Shown here one piece after another: positions 52,809-64,000 of a stretch of DNA of 64,000 nt (its first letter is position 1; each line of letters opens with the position of its first letter). The notes under the pieces are model-generated. The model did not search any database. It was not told the origin of the DNA and saw only the letters and a program-made list of their open reading frames with translations. The stretch lies in assembly GCA_965649825.1 (NCBI GenBank), contig OZ287707.1, forward strand, positions 124,001 through 188,000. The letters are read 5' to 3'. The DNA is from Penicillus capitatus (lineage: Eukaryota > Plantae > Chlorophyta). Both the position numbers and the translations under genes were made by a program.

Positions 52809-54589
52809 TAATGAATGCTAACATTTATTCTCGGTCATCATGATGTTGTTGTTCTTTCCACTGAAAAAATCGAATGGATTGCAGTGATGGTATCGATACT
52901 CTCTCATCACAGGTGCATCTCTTAATCGGAGAAATTATCCACAGAGTGTGTAAGGAGGATTAATCTTGAGCGACGCATTCTTCATCTGGAACGTGTAGCT
53001 CTTTGTTGCGTCGAGTGCTCGTAAACGAGAAAGAGAAAGGCGCACGCAAGTAAGGAGATTCGAAATCAGATTCTTAACAGCTTTGGCGACGGCATGGACA
53101 TTTCCTGTACTCGATGATGATCTCATCATTTCGCATTGCATCTTTACGTTGTTCTGTCTGGAGTTCGACTCGCGATGTCTTCCGCTGAACAGATTCGATG
53201 GGCCGGTCTTTACAGAACCTTCTGTTTTGGTTCTTTCCTCGTTAACGATCGAAAAGGCACCACGTTCAAGGCTTTTATAAGCTTCCTTTTGATCTTCGCG
53301 TTTCTTTTGCGTCTCGATTCTTGATTGTGGCGTGTAGTATGTTTGTTACGCCGCTCGATCTTTTGATTCATGAGTCGTGTTTTTTCTGTTCCTCATCCGG
53401 TCGGATCTTTGGATGCGGTTTCATACCGTATGCATTACGGTGGTGCGCTGCTTATTCAGTTGGTCAACTTGTCTATCTATTCGATCGATCTTCATTTTGA
53501 CTCTAGATGATTCCACATTCTTCACTGCTCTCTAATCTTATTGCCTTCTTTCGACGTCCAGCGTCTTTTTGCCTTCAGCGTGGAGACAATGCTCTCAGAA
53601 TCGAACAAGGATGCATGGACTAATTCAGATCTAGTGTGATATCCGACAAGAATAGATTGGTGCACAACAGATTACCTTTGTGTGTATTAATTAGGCGCAG
53701 TCTCCTGGAAATGATCAATCTACTATCAGAGTGCATGCAGAACGGCAGTTGGCAGAGAGTCGACAACTTTTGCCCGTTTCTTCAAGAACTGTGAAATGAA
53801 GATTCGTGCACTCCGAAGAAGAAAAGAAAGAAAGGGATGCGAAACAACAAAATACGTCAAGTGTGTTTACTGCTGTACCCATATCTATGCGTAACTTACT
53901 GCAAATGCAAAGAATTGAGAGTCAGATTGCTGGCGGAAGCTAAGGAGAATGCACAAGAATGCATCAGTTGCTAAGAACTGGGCTGATCTGTTTGGAATCG
54001 AGGCTGTTCAGGTATCACAAGCCTAATCCATGCGTATCAAGATTGCACAGAGTGGAGGCATGCAGAATCCCTTGTCCAGCATTAAGCAACAAAAGATACT
54101 TTATCAACAGAGGAATGTGGAATCCAGACATAATCTGATATAGGATTTGAATGCGCTCTACCGGCTTTGTCCTTAGGGAAAACCAGGTAGGTCTTCTAGT
54201 ATGTTGTACCTACTTTGGTGCTACGGGATACATCAAAGATGCTTCGGATGCACAGGGTGTTCTTTGACGACTGTTCTCATCTCCGTTGGTGAACAATGAA
54301 GAAGGCAGTCCAGTTCACGATTGCTCCACAAGAACACCTGGAAGGCTACCTTGCGACGACTCTGATGACACTGGAATCTCTGAGGTGCACAATACCAACA
54401 AAGACACTTCAAACTGCTTCCTTGAGAAGCGGGATTTGACGGACAGCGGATGTGGGAGGCAATACGTATCATCTGCGAAAAGGGTGTACTTCTACAAGGG
54501 AAAGGCTGTGATGATCAATTATGGAGACTGGTTCGTAGCAGTAATATTCAAAGCTGAGACAGAGAAGAATACAAAACCGCCGAGAAACG

Positions 54590-54800
54590 GATGACACATC
54601 CTTTCAGCCAAATCTCCGTCGACCAAAAGACAATTAAAGTTAGGCAGTGCTAAGGACGGGCTAATTGCTGCACGTATCTCACTAAACGGAATTCGGACAC
54701 TCTGACACATCGTTTGTTCTGAGAGCCGTCCAAGATCGAGATCGGAGAGAAGGATTTCAGACAGCTGATTGACATACTCTCACTATGGGGCATGGTTGTC
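54590..54800 (-). mobile_element. Possible decayed Ty3/gypsy RT-RNase H connection remnant
   Basis: FSEIRAAISPSLALPNFN resembles FxxLKxALxSAPVLALPDF. Confidence 0.3.
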
Positions 54801-55000
54801 CAATGAGGAATTGAGATTTCTCGAGTGTCAAAGGATGCGTTTAAATTGATGATCATCCGAATCTTATTAATCCCTACGCGAACCTCCGGTTCATTATCTC
54901 TATCACGAACTTTGGTGCGAACTTTGTGCGCGGTAAGCAGGTTTCGTTATCGTGCCAAACTAAAACAGACGACGTTCTGTTGTGTAGACTCTGATTAAAC

Positions 55001-58000
55001 ATGCAAACTCGAGCTGCAGATGAAGGACCCAGTGGCGAAGGGTCATTCGCGTCGAAAATCGACGGTCAACCCGTCACCGAAAATGTAGTAGCCACTGAAG
55101 AACGTTACGACCCGAAACTCCTACGCGCTGTCGTCATGAAACACGATATCGACAGTACCAAGTCGCTGGTCGCGACTTACAACGCGACCACGGATGACGA
55201 TGAACGCGCTGTCCTACTTGGATGGTTGCGTAAGTATCACGAACGAAGCGAAGAATGTCTCAAGCCGAAAGCTGTTCTCGAGTATGTGGAACTGGCCAAC
55301 GTTGGCCCACGCTCCACAAGCGAAAAAGATGTGGTGAAGGATCTAATCCGCGACCTTTCTTCGTGCATCCGCGAAGGAAGCTTCCTACCACCGAATATTG
55401 CCGTTGCCCTTTACAGCGCGCTTGTGCACATCGATTTTTCCGCGTACGACGACGCTGAACAACTGGTCGTCGTGGCGAGAAGACTCTTAGGCAGTCTTAC
55501 TCGAGAACCGAAGCTTACGAAAGACACCTTCGCGGAGCATGAGTTTACCTTTCTTGCCCTCCAGCAGACCTTTTTTCTACTTCGCAAAGCCAATCAGGAC
55601 AAGATCGACGAAGAAGAGAAGCAAGAGTTGCGCAGAACTATCGCAGAGAAAGAGAGAGTTATGAAACTCTCGTGCAAGCACTATCCTGTGAACTTTCATT
55701 TCAAAGCGCTTCGCCAGGCGGCAGAACGCCTCAAAGATGAAGACGCTGCTTCAATTGCCGCACAGACGCATCAATACGTCATGTGTGGATTGTGTGGATT
55801 CATGCACGTCCTACATTTTCTCAGAAATCTGGCAAGGGGCGACATTGATCCGACGGCCCTCGAGGAAGCGTACGAAAGAAATCAAGCTGCCATTGACAGT
55901 ATGGGAGTGGTGAAGAGACCATGGTTTGACACGCTTCGAAGTCTGATGGCGACGAGACTGGAAGCGTCGAGGGACGAAGCGAAGCTTCCGCTTTTCATGT
56001 CCGAATGCGACGCTGCGATGGAATCGCAACAAAGAATGACAGAAGGGGAAGACTTAAAGGCATTGAGATTCGGCATCATTCAAGAGATGAGGATGTCGGC
56101 GATTCGGACTGCTTGCGAAGCTGTGCGTAAAGAGGTCACGACGAAGCTACTGATGCTAGCAACCAATCGTTCAATCTGCGAAGAGTGGTTCGAAGATGAG
56201 GACGTCTTTACAGCGTTCTTGGATGCTCTACACGAAATCCACACAAAGAGTAACGAAAACCAAGAAACGGCCGAAACGTTCCGGCAAATGCAACAGTCTT
56301 TTGAGGGTCGTGCCGCAAGCACGTTGAAAGCGTGGTTAGGTGGTCATGCTATGGAAACCAAGCTTAAAATGCGAGATCAACAAGAGACATGCGCAGAGCA
56401 CAAAAGAGTTTTTGTCGAGATTGGTCGGGAAGTCGGATACGTTCCCCTAAACAAGATTCGGTCTAACATTAAAGATCTGAAAGACAAATACAAGCATGAC
56501 AACTTCGCCAAAGTGAGTCGTCACCTCAATGGTATATCGATTGAATATGATGATGTTTGTTTCTAAGGTGCTTTCCTTGTTTGGAACCGAAGTCAGACAT
56601 CACGTAAAAGAAATGGAGCAACACATCGTCTCGTACGAAGAAACCGTTCAACGGATAACGACCGAAAGAAGAGAAGACCGAGCAGAGGAGGGGGAAGCAG
56701 AAGATTTGTCAACCCGAAAAAAGGATCACCCAAGAGAACACTACGAGCAGAAGAGAAAAGTCACAAAACCCATCTCCTTGGAGGAATTGTTCAAACCAAG
56801 ACGTTTGATACCCGGCGGTTCAGAAAGCGAAGTCAGAAAGGTTCTACTGTATGGAATCCCTGGCTCCGGAAAGACGTGCATCAGCAAGGCCATTGCGCAT
56901 AAGTGGGCATTAGGCGAAATCATGCAAGAGTTCGAAGCAATCTACGTTGTCCCCATCAGACGTATCAACATGGAAAAGTCCAAAGGTCCACAAGGACTAA
57001 CGTTGAAGGACGTGGTTGCACAAATATGCTTCCGTGAGAGAAGCGGTGTCGAATACAAAGATCTCTTGACCCAAGTCGAAGGCGACTTCGATTCTCCCAC
57101 CACGCTGTTGATGTTCGACGGATTAGATGAAGCTGGCGAAGACGCCAAAGAGCTCGTCCACTCAGCGGAGGAGCGTTTGTGCAAGTTGCTGATACTAACA
57201 CGACCGTACAATCTTCAAGGGATACAAACAAAAGTCGACTGCCAGTTCGAGTGCCTTGGATTTAGCGATCAACAGCTTAGAAACTACATACACAGAGAAC
57301 TCCCACAGAACGAAGCGTCGCGAATGGTCCGTTCCTTGCAACAAGATCGAGGGATGTGGGAAACCGCTCACATTCCGGTAACAGCACACATTCTCTGCTC
57401 TTTGTCGAGAGAACATGGAATCACCGTTGAAGATAGAGGAAAGAAAGCGAGCATGTTTCGGATCTACAACGACATGACAAACTTTGTATGGAAGAGGTTC
57501 AAAGAAAAACCCGAAGCGAGAATGGCGAAAAAAGGCACCGTTTTCGAGGATCTTGAAGAGATCGCTTTCGAGGCGCTTCGGAAAGGACAGATTTTAATCG
57601 AAGAACGGACGGTTGAGAGTCATGCAACATCCACAAACACGACCGCAATCTTCAAAAGAAGTGGATTCCTCTTACTCGTTCTTGAGGGACGACAATATCA
57701 GTTTCCCCATCTCACATTTCAAGAGTACTTTGCTGGAAGATTTATTGCCAGAAGCTTAAAGAACAAAGGATCGGATGAGGAAAGACGAGTACTCAAGTTC
57801 ATTCAAGAAGAAAAATACAATCAAAAGAATGCCCTGACACTTTCCTTCGCGATGCACGCTTTAGCACGCAAACGAAGCAAATCTGCGCTGCATGAGATGC
57901 TCTCGATTGTCGACGAAGATCCCGTCGAGGTTTTAGGGATACGGCACTTCTTCTTGAGGATGCGAGTTCTCGAGGCATCCCTAGAGGAGACGGATGAAGA

Positions 58001-60293
58001 CGACTTAAAAGACGTCCTCAACGACGAACAAGCAATCAAGCTCGCTAAAGGCGCTTTCCACCTAATCAAAAGAACGATCGACGACGTTCTCATCCGTCAA
58101 ATCGTGGTTGATGAGCTCCGACAATCGTCTCGCGTTTTAGAACACTTTCCGCATGTTCTCAACGACAGCATTAATGAAACGAAGAAAATGCTAAAATGCT
58201 CGTACAGGTTAACATGGAAGGCAATGGCTAACATTACGGATTCCTTAAAGCTCGCAAAAAACTCTTTGAAGCACAGCCAAGGAGTCACAGAATTCATCTT
58301 GCAACAAGCTAAAAAACCTTCTGAATGGTGCGACACAAAAGAAAGCGTAAAGAGGTTTGAGTTAATCGTAAAGCAAATGCCGCAGCATGCTGGCGAGCTT
58401 CTACCGACATTGGCGAGTTGGTGCGGCGACAAAGACTCTAATGTGCGTGAAATGGCAGTTGACGCCATCAGCGACGCCGTTGCGATGGAGCCGCATCAAG
58501 CCGAGAAGATTTTGCCGACACTGGCCAGGTGGTGCGACGACGAAAACTCCGATGTGCGTCGGTGTGCAATGGAGGCCATTGGTCGCGTGGTCGCGGCGGC
58601 GCCGCTGTATGCCGACGAGTATGTACCGACGCTTTTAAGAGGGTACGGCGATGTAGATTCTGGCGTTCGCTCGGATGCGAAAGAGGCTATCGTCAGTGTC
58701 GTCGAAGCGGCGGTGCACGTCGCCAACGAGGTGCTACCGACGCTGGTAAATTGGTGCAGCGACGAACGATGGGATGTACGTCGGGATACCATAAAGGCAA
58801 TTGGTCGCATCGTCGCAGCGGCGCCGCAGAACGCCGGCGAATATCTGATGAAAATCTCGAAGTGGTGCGACGACGACATCTGGAACGTACGTCGAGCAGC
58901 AATTGAGACGATTGCCCTTGTCGTCGAGGCAGCGCCGCAGCACGTTGACCAGCTTTTGCTGACAGTAAAAAGAAAACGGTGCGACAAGAGCTGGCACGTG
59001 CGTAAGACAGCGATGGAGGCTATCGTCAACATCATTACAGCTGCGCCGCAGTACGCCGGCGAAATGTTGTCGATGCTGACGAGTGGGTGCAGGGACAGAA
59101 ACTCAGATGTGCGTCGAGAAGCAACTGAAGCCATCGCCCTAGTCATCATAGCTGCACCGAAACACGCAGGCGAAGTTCTTCCGACGCTATCCAAATGGAA
59201 CAGTGACGAAGACTTAAACATGTGTCGGAATGCGACGGAGGCAATCGCCCGCATAGTCGAGGCGGTGCCGCAGCACGCCAGCGAGCTACTGCCGACGCTG
59301 GCGGGCAGATGCAAGAACGAAGACTCAGGCGTGCGTCGGTGTGCGATGGATGCCATCGGCCGTGTCGTCGTGGCGGCGCCGCAGCGCGCCAGCGAAGTTC
59401 TGCCGACGCTGACGAAGTGGCGCGTCGACAAAGACCGGGACGTGCGTTATAATGGGATGCAAACCATGGGTCGCGTCGTCGCTGCGGCGCCGCAGCACGC
59501 CAGCGAGCTGTTGCCGTGGCTGGTGGATGGGTGCAGTGACGATGACACAGATGTGCGTCGGTGTGCGATGGAGGCCATGGGTCGCGTCATCGCTGTCGCT
59601 CCGCACCACGCCAGCGAGCTATTGCCGTGGCTGGTGGATGGGTGCAGTGACGATGACACAGATGTGCGTCGGTGTGCGATGGAGGCCATGGGTCGCGTCA
59701 TCGCTCTCGCGCCGCACCACGCCAGCGAGCTGTTGCCGCGGCTGGTGGATGGGTGCAGTGACCTAAAATGGGTCGTGCGTCGGGATACTATCGAGGCAAT
59801 CGGTCACATCGTCGCAGCGGCGCCGCAGCATGCCGGCAAACATCTGCCGATCCTTGTGAAGTATTGCGAGGACGGTGTTCGGAACGTGCGTCGAGCGGCG
59901 ATTGAAACCATCGGTCGCGTCATTGCTGCTGCGCCTCAACACACCGACAAGGTTCTGCTGACGTTGGCGAGGCTGTGCGACGTTGAAGATGAGGACGTGC
60001 GCCACGCTGCAAGAACGACGTTAAAAGACATAAAACCCGAAAAAGCTATACCTAGGTCATCATCGTTTCTTTCTATTTATAAGGGCGGTCTTTCTTTCCT
60101 TTTTGTACAAAACTCATTCACTGTCGATACTTTTCCCGGATCTGAGAAAGCTCTTCTTGTGTTTCATGCGACTTTTTCGCGAGTAATAAGATGTTGGAGT
60201 AAGGATGATATTTGTACGTTTGTTGGTTCTTTGATGCGGGAGTTTGACGAGAAGTATCCTGGATTGCTTGAGCATCTTAATGCGAAAGAGTAG
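55001..60293 (+). CDS. NLR-like protein C: helical N-terminal domain + NACHT + 15 HEAT repeats + C-cap; 2 coding exons (intron 56513-56567), about 1745 aa
   Basis: LLYGIPGSGKT, LLMFDGLDE, YQFPHLTFQEYFAG. 37-aa repeats. The phase-0 intron is at the same position as in A and B. 5'UTR intron at 54933-54987. Confidence 0.92.
58370..60030 (+). repeat. 111-bp HEAT repeat array of gene C; near-identical units at about 59500-59760
   Basis: DDDTDVRRCAMEAMGRVIA.APHHASELLP.LVDGCS occurs in tandem with only a few nucleotide differences. Confidence 0.93.
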
Positions 60294-60449
60294 TCTGCAA
60301 GTAGATGTTTCTTTCTCAGTTCGTGAAAGTTAACTTATAACTACGATTTGATATTTTAGCTCTTGGATCGATCTATTTAAAACCCGCACCTGGCAAACAT
60401 CAACCTATTGATTCTCTTCAGGCCAAGTCGATGAATTCAATAAAGCTTT

Positions 60450-62010
60450 TGTTGTTGCCTCATCATCCCGAAAATCAAGTCAAAGTTAACGGCTTACTTT
60501 GCGACTCGTGTCATGGGCGTGTACGGCACTCAACGGAACAAATTTGTCAATTTAAAGAGACATTCTCGACTTCTGCGACTTCTTCGAGCACTCTTAAGTG
60601 AATGATAGGTTTCGCTGCCTTAAAGTGTCGACTTCAGCACAGCCGTCGACATAGGTTTCGATTGTTTTCCATATGGCTCCCCACCCATTGCCGTTTATAC
60701 GTTGCATTGTTTTGCAGGTACAGAAATGACCTTCATGAAGTTTTGTTAACAAACGACACAAATCATCTTGCAGAGCTCTCAGATGAGACAGTCTTGACAA
60801 AAAGTCAAGATCATGTTGCTTCGACCATCGACAAACCAATCATCTGGACAAAACTCAAAAAGCTGTGCAAGGCGTCCATATACGAACTGACTGCAGTTTT
60901 CTGGGTTGTCCAGATTGAAAATCGAGTAGTTACTGTGTTGTCAAGCGGGCACAGTGCGCAGAGAAGGGCGAACACGGGAACGCAAAATCAACAATCAAAT
61001 GTACGGCGACGACATTCTTTTTATCATGTCAGCTATCACGTCAAACAGTACGTCCGTTCCCAACAGTGTAGACAGTAACATCCCGTCTACAGATGTATGG
61101 TCTAAATCGTTGCTATGCTTGTAAGAAGCTTTCGCTTCGAATTCGTTAAATCGACGCTTTTGCATTTGCAAACTCCACAAACCAGATGTCAATGAATGAT
61201 GTAATGGCTGTTCTTGTTACAATCAAATGCCCATTTTGTTTTCGATGCATCCACACTGATCGAGTAATCTCTAGTTGATAGCGGTAAAGTCGTTCTAACT
61301 GTGTGTTGCGATTCAACCCGAACGGCTCCTGCACGGCACTTTTCTATGAACCAAAAAAAATCAAACAAAAATTCTTGCCCCTCTATTCCCGACCTTTTCG
61401 CCGTGAAGGGAAGCATTCACAGAAAGCTGCTGCTCGATGCTCTCATTCATTTTCTATTATCATCATACAAGATCTATCGCTAAAACGAATCAGAAAATAT
61501 TCACTGATGTGTTTTGGAACTCTATCAAACGCCGAACGTCGATCCTTGTCTTGTACGTATACGATTGTTCCATCGGCCAAAGTTGAGCGGGCTCTAACAC
61601 CGATTCGCACGCAATCTTTGTTAGGAAGAGTGCGAGATTGGATGTACCCTCTGAACTCTATCCGTTGGAGAGTGGAGAACAGAAGTGGTGGCTTTCTTCT
61701 TCAGACTATTGAAGGGATCTGTCGGGATCGTGTAAACGACTTGCGAAAGTCTGAGTCGAGAAACGCACGAGCGACGACGCGAATGAACCCTCAAACGATA
61801 GCACAGGAACTCGAGATTGTGTACAACGGGAATGTCAACCTTAAGTACTGTAAAATCTCGCATCGGACCCATGCATGACGTAGCAGACCCGCTTCGACGC
61901 CCAGAACGATCCGGTACAATCGGTATTGTAAGGAAAATCACAGGAAAAGAAAATCCACACAGAGAGATACGACTGTTCAGCTTCCCTTCTTTATTCGTTC
62001 GCCAAAAGTC
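60450..62010 (-). mobile_element. Decayed Ty3/gypsy LTR-retrotransposon pol (RT, RNase H, integrase)
   Basis: In RT-RH-IN order on the minus strand: SFPVIFL..RDFTVL, VSRLRLSQVVYTIPTDP, IEFRGY, SVDAS, RFRPYICRRDVTVYT, KKNVVA.HL and LHEGHFCTCKTMQRI..WKTIETYVDGC (H2C2 zinc finger). Many stops; no LTRs seen. Confidence 0.7.
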
Positions 62011-62534
62011 TCGTCTCGCTTCCCCCTTTTATTGCTCTTGTTCGACAATCGGGTTTCACAAGTACCCAAGGTGGTTATGAGTTTTCTAACCATACTCTCT
62101 AACAGTCGAGAACTTCAGGGCTTGTTCGACAACCATCGCCCTATTGTTATGAGAAAGTTGGCTAGGAGGCTAGCATCCGTCGTAGCTGATGGTCAGTGCG
62201 CTGAGGTAGTTACCGTGGCATCGAACCGCTAACGACGGCCACGAACGACGGACTGGGCGCTACATAATCGACAGGATAATTCATCGTACTAGTTGGCAGT
62301 CTTTGTGAGTGACAAAAAACAATAAGGAACCAGCGATTTTTTTCGAAGAGTTGACTCATAAGGACATGCGAGGCGAATATTTGCACAAGTCCTGAAAAAG
62401 TTCCTAACAGATGGCAGCTATGCCCTTCTGCTCATTTTCTGCCACTGCGTGCCAGTCTCGTCTTCAATCTCCTTCATTCAAAAGCCATTACAGCGATTAC
62501 AGTATCTCACAGATTCTTGTTTAACTGCGCGAGC

Positions 62535-64000
62535 ATGTGTGCTCGTGCGTATCAACCTGCCAGACATACGACGAATGAAAAGTCTGGTGTCGTCCGAATG
62601 CGTTCACGCTCGCTGAAGATATCGTTCATCACACGAGAAACGCGAATGCGTTGCACGGCTGATTTCGTTGATCGGCCAGAGCCACTGCATCCTAAGAGTC
62701 GTAACAAAAAGAGAACTTCGCTGCGCGAGTTCAGGGTCACGTCTGGATTTGAGTCCCCTTCCTTCAATTTTCATTCATTGCAGGTTTCCAACTTGAAGGA
62801 ACAGTTGAACGAAACGTCTGCAAAAGGCGAAGGAATCGAACAAGAAATGACGGAGACGCTCACGGACACTGCTCAAGAGCAAAACCAAATCCATGAGGCG
62901 GATGGTATGCACCGTAATTTCACAAATCCGAAATCTGGTTGAAATAAGATGAAGTTCAGGAAGAGGTGCGAGATCGCAGAATCTGTACAAACTACCTGCT
63001 TCGCTGTGCCCTGGTAGTCAGCAGCATAGCTGGGTGAGCGGTCATTTTCCAGAAGACCTCGATCCAACCGACCCATCCGCCTTGCTGCACTGGCTTCAAG
63101 AGAATTCGACGCGACTGCAGATGATCTTCCTGGGAACGAGCAGTTGGTGTCCCACGGACACCCGCAACCTTCCAAGCCTCGCGCTTCGCACAACGGCAGA
63201 TGTCTGGCTGTTTGACACAGGCGAGAAGCAGTGTTGATGACCGTTCCATCTCAGAGTTGGTCCTTAGGGGAAGACACACAGCGACAATGCATGCGACATC
63301 CACTTCTACGGCCAGGCAAAGTCTCGCGCATTTTCCTGACTGGTCTGAGAGGCGATGCCATTTTTGGTCTTCCTGGCATGTTGTGCACCATTGCCACATC
63401 GCGTGATCAAATGGCTGCGCATACAGACCAGCCAGTTCATGTGTATGGTCCGCCGGGGACTGGAAAGTTTCTCGCGAGTCTGCTGGATTTGTCGGAGACG
63501 TTTCTGCGAATGCCTGTCATCATTCACGAGTTCTCCAGCAAACCTCCCTCGCGACGTTTAGAGCTATTGACAAGACGAGCAAAGCTCTGGAAGGTGGATA
63601 TCCCACCCGACCAACTAAACAAGGAAGGATTCTACGATGCAAAACTGGATTCCGTACTGCCTGTGAAGCGAAGACTTGCGAAGAAAGGCAGAAGGAGCAA
63701 CCTTCTGAACACGACAGATGCACGAGCTGGATTTCGGCCTTTTGATTTGCCTCCTCCCGGAGATGCTTCGCTGTAAAGCATAGTATCCATAATCCTTCTT
63801 CTTATGCTTTTTTGCTAGGCATCCAATCCCGGCACGAGCAATCCAATGGACGCTGATGATCAGCGAAGAATTTCTAGTGACTGTGTTTCAGGTAGATGAT
63901 GTGACAGAATCTCTTGGATATCGAATCAGCGAAGCCGACCGAACCGGAGTTTTCTGTGTTGATCGGGCGAAGGCTCTTGGCATCAACCCTGGAAAAGACT
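62535..64000 (+). CDS. RNase Z (ELAC1/tRNase ZS)-like protein with a degenerate metal site, multi-exon, truncated by the window edge
   Basis: MIFLGTSS, PxKxRN-like PTDTRN, WLFDTGEDTQRQ (across GC-AG intron 63221-63267), IFLTGLRGDAIFGLPG and the flexible arm KALGINPG. The N-terminal exons and start are tentative. Confidence 0.75.

Noticed and set aside
51400-52900. TPP riboswitch in or near the TenA-like gene
   Set aside because: The conserved CTGAGA / ATACCC / ACCTGAT arrangement was not found on either strand.
52900-54600. Genes in the fragments at 52935-53600 (minus) and 54286-54594 (plus)
   Set aside because: I could not build a consistent spliced model or recognise a domain; probably decayed gene debris.

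Overview
Eukaryotic nuclear DNA, not prokaryotic. It is very compact, about 50% GC, with short introns (mostly 36-60 nt) and the standard genetic code. Plastid-type genes, flagellar genes and TGTAA motifs after some stop codons suggest a chlorophyte green alga (inference). Intron-rich core blocks are 1-15 kb (DRC2/CCDC65, DUF3082, carB, RUN-PX-Rubicon-homology protein, NLE1, SNW1, TVP38-like), 36.7-52.8 kb (Timeless, cyclic-nucleotide-type K+ channel, glutathione reductase, MED14, a hypothetical protein, TenA-like) and 62.5-64 kb (RNase Z-like). Two accessory islands (about 15.1-36.6 kb and 52.9-62.4 kb) are full of pseudogenes and decayed transposon remnants. The main candidate system lies in these islands: three paralogous two-exon NLR-like genes. 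Each encodes a ~504-aa helical N-terminal domain, a NACHT NTPase, a 37-aa HEAT-repeat array and a conserved C-terminal cap. The arrays hold about 3, 32 and 15 repeats and include near-identical 111-bp units, a block duplication and mosaic tracts shared between paralogs, as expected for a diversifying immune-receptor family. The first island also holds a three-exon secreted cystine-knot peptide gene that the ORF track misses, and an unidentified, highly base-paired 208-bp element. All family assignments come from manual motif recognition; no searches were run.
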